A DNA stretch of 63,960 nucleotides, the filler included, from Syncephalis fuscata S228 (Eukaryota; Fungi; Zoopagomycota), in the NCBI GenBank assembly GCA_025786725.1. It is 5 parts of 5 records of this genome, joined end to end, with 100 filler letters (N's around TTAATTAATTAA, not from the genome) between each part and the next. Parts side by side here need not be neighbours in the genome. Positions count along the whole stretch, not along the records: positions 60,289 to 63,960 come from JAHLTZ010000348.1; 4 more parts are not named here. One strand, given 5' to 3'. The notes beneath the pieces were generated by a model. It was not told the DNA's origin, made no database searches, and saw only the letters and a list, made by a program, of their open reading frames with translations. The translations under genes were made by a program, and so were the position numbers. Below, piece by piece: positions 63,620 through 63,960 of this stretch (the first letter of the stretch is position 1; every line of letters begins with the position of its first letter).

Positions 63620-63957
63620 TGTAACCGTAGATACAGCGAACTGTTGCGGTTACTACGAGTCACAATACAATAATGTATATAAAAATAAAAATGAATATTG
63701 AAAGTGAACTAATTGTCTTTATTAATTGTTAATATTATGCGCGTTTTTATATTGTTTTAATTGATATATCGGATATCTAATTAAAACAATGCATGAGAAA
63801 ATAAAAGAGAAGATAAAAGAGAAAATAAAAGATAAAGATAAAACAATACGCGGTGGCGGAGTGTTAACTTCATCGTGGACCATGTGTGATGATCGGTGTG
63901 TTTGATCATAATGTCTAAAAATGGTAATAATAAATGAGAGGGAGAATTTTTGTTACA
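63620..63957 (-). repeat. 5' LTR (~338 bp)
   Basis: Inverted termini TGTAAC...GTTACA, immediately followed by the PBS. Confidence 0.8.
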
Positions 63958-63960
63958 ATA

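Larger units (their letters stand above)
60289..63957 (-). mobile_element. Ty3/Gypsy LTR retrotransposon, 5' portion (LTR-PBS-gag-PR-RT-RNaseH); integrase and 3' LTR lost in gap
   Basis: Gag with CCHC knuckle and PMELD; pol with LIDSGA, YLDD and TDASG in PR-RT-RH order. Confidence 0.97.

Overview
AT-rich, intron-dense eukaryotic DNA with short (~45-90 nt) introns, consistent with an early-diverging fungus. Gene content suggests Zoopagomycota, possibly a Syncephalis-like mycoparasite; this is an inference. Five contigs are joined by four artificial 100-nt spacers (44 N + TTAATTAATTAA + 44 N), so adjacency across them is unproven. Conserved genes: CBP80/NCBP1, a TBC Rab-GAP, an OPT transporter, a type I DnaJ, a DHHC palmitoyltransferase, a COX5/COX4 fragment, two acyl-CoA oxidase copies, a Mek1/Chk2-like kinase, a UGGT fragment, a hemerythrin-like protein and a quinone oxidoreductase. 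Lineage-specific families: two 7TM genes flanking an F-box-like gene, two ectodomain+multi-TM genes and a trihelix factor. The 5' part of a Ty3/Gypsy LTR retrotransposon ends the window. Most notable observations: (1) a U12-type AT-AC intron in CBP80; (2) a tandemly duplicated cassette pairing a diverging secreted expansin-like gene with a near-invariant, hidden I9 protease-inhibitor gene; (3) a >=2.17-kb inverted repeat enclosing a non-RD kinase that ends in a CaaX-like motif whether or not its last intron is spliced; (4) a giant protein with seven GATA-like Cys4 fingers plus ZZ, ePHD, ZZ and GATA domains; (5) a -1 frameshift signal with a pseudoknot in the retrotransposon. Single-base indels in conserved genes point to assembly errors, so pseudogene calls are tentative.
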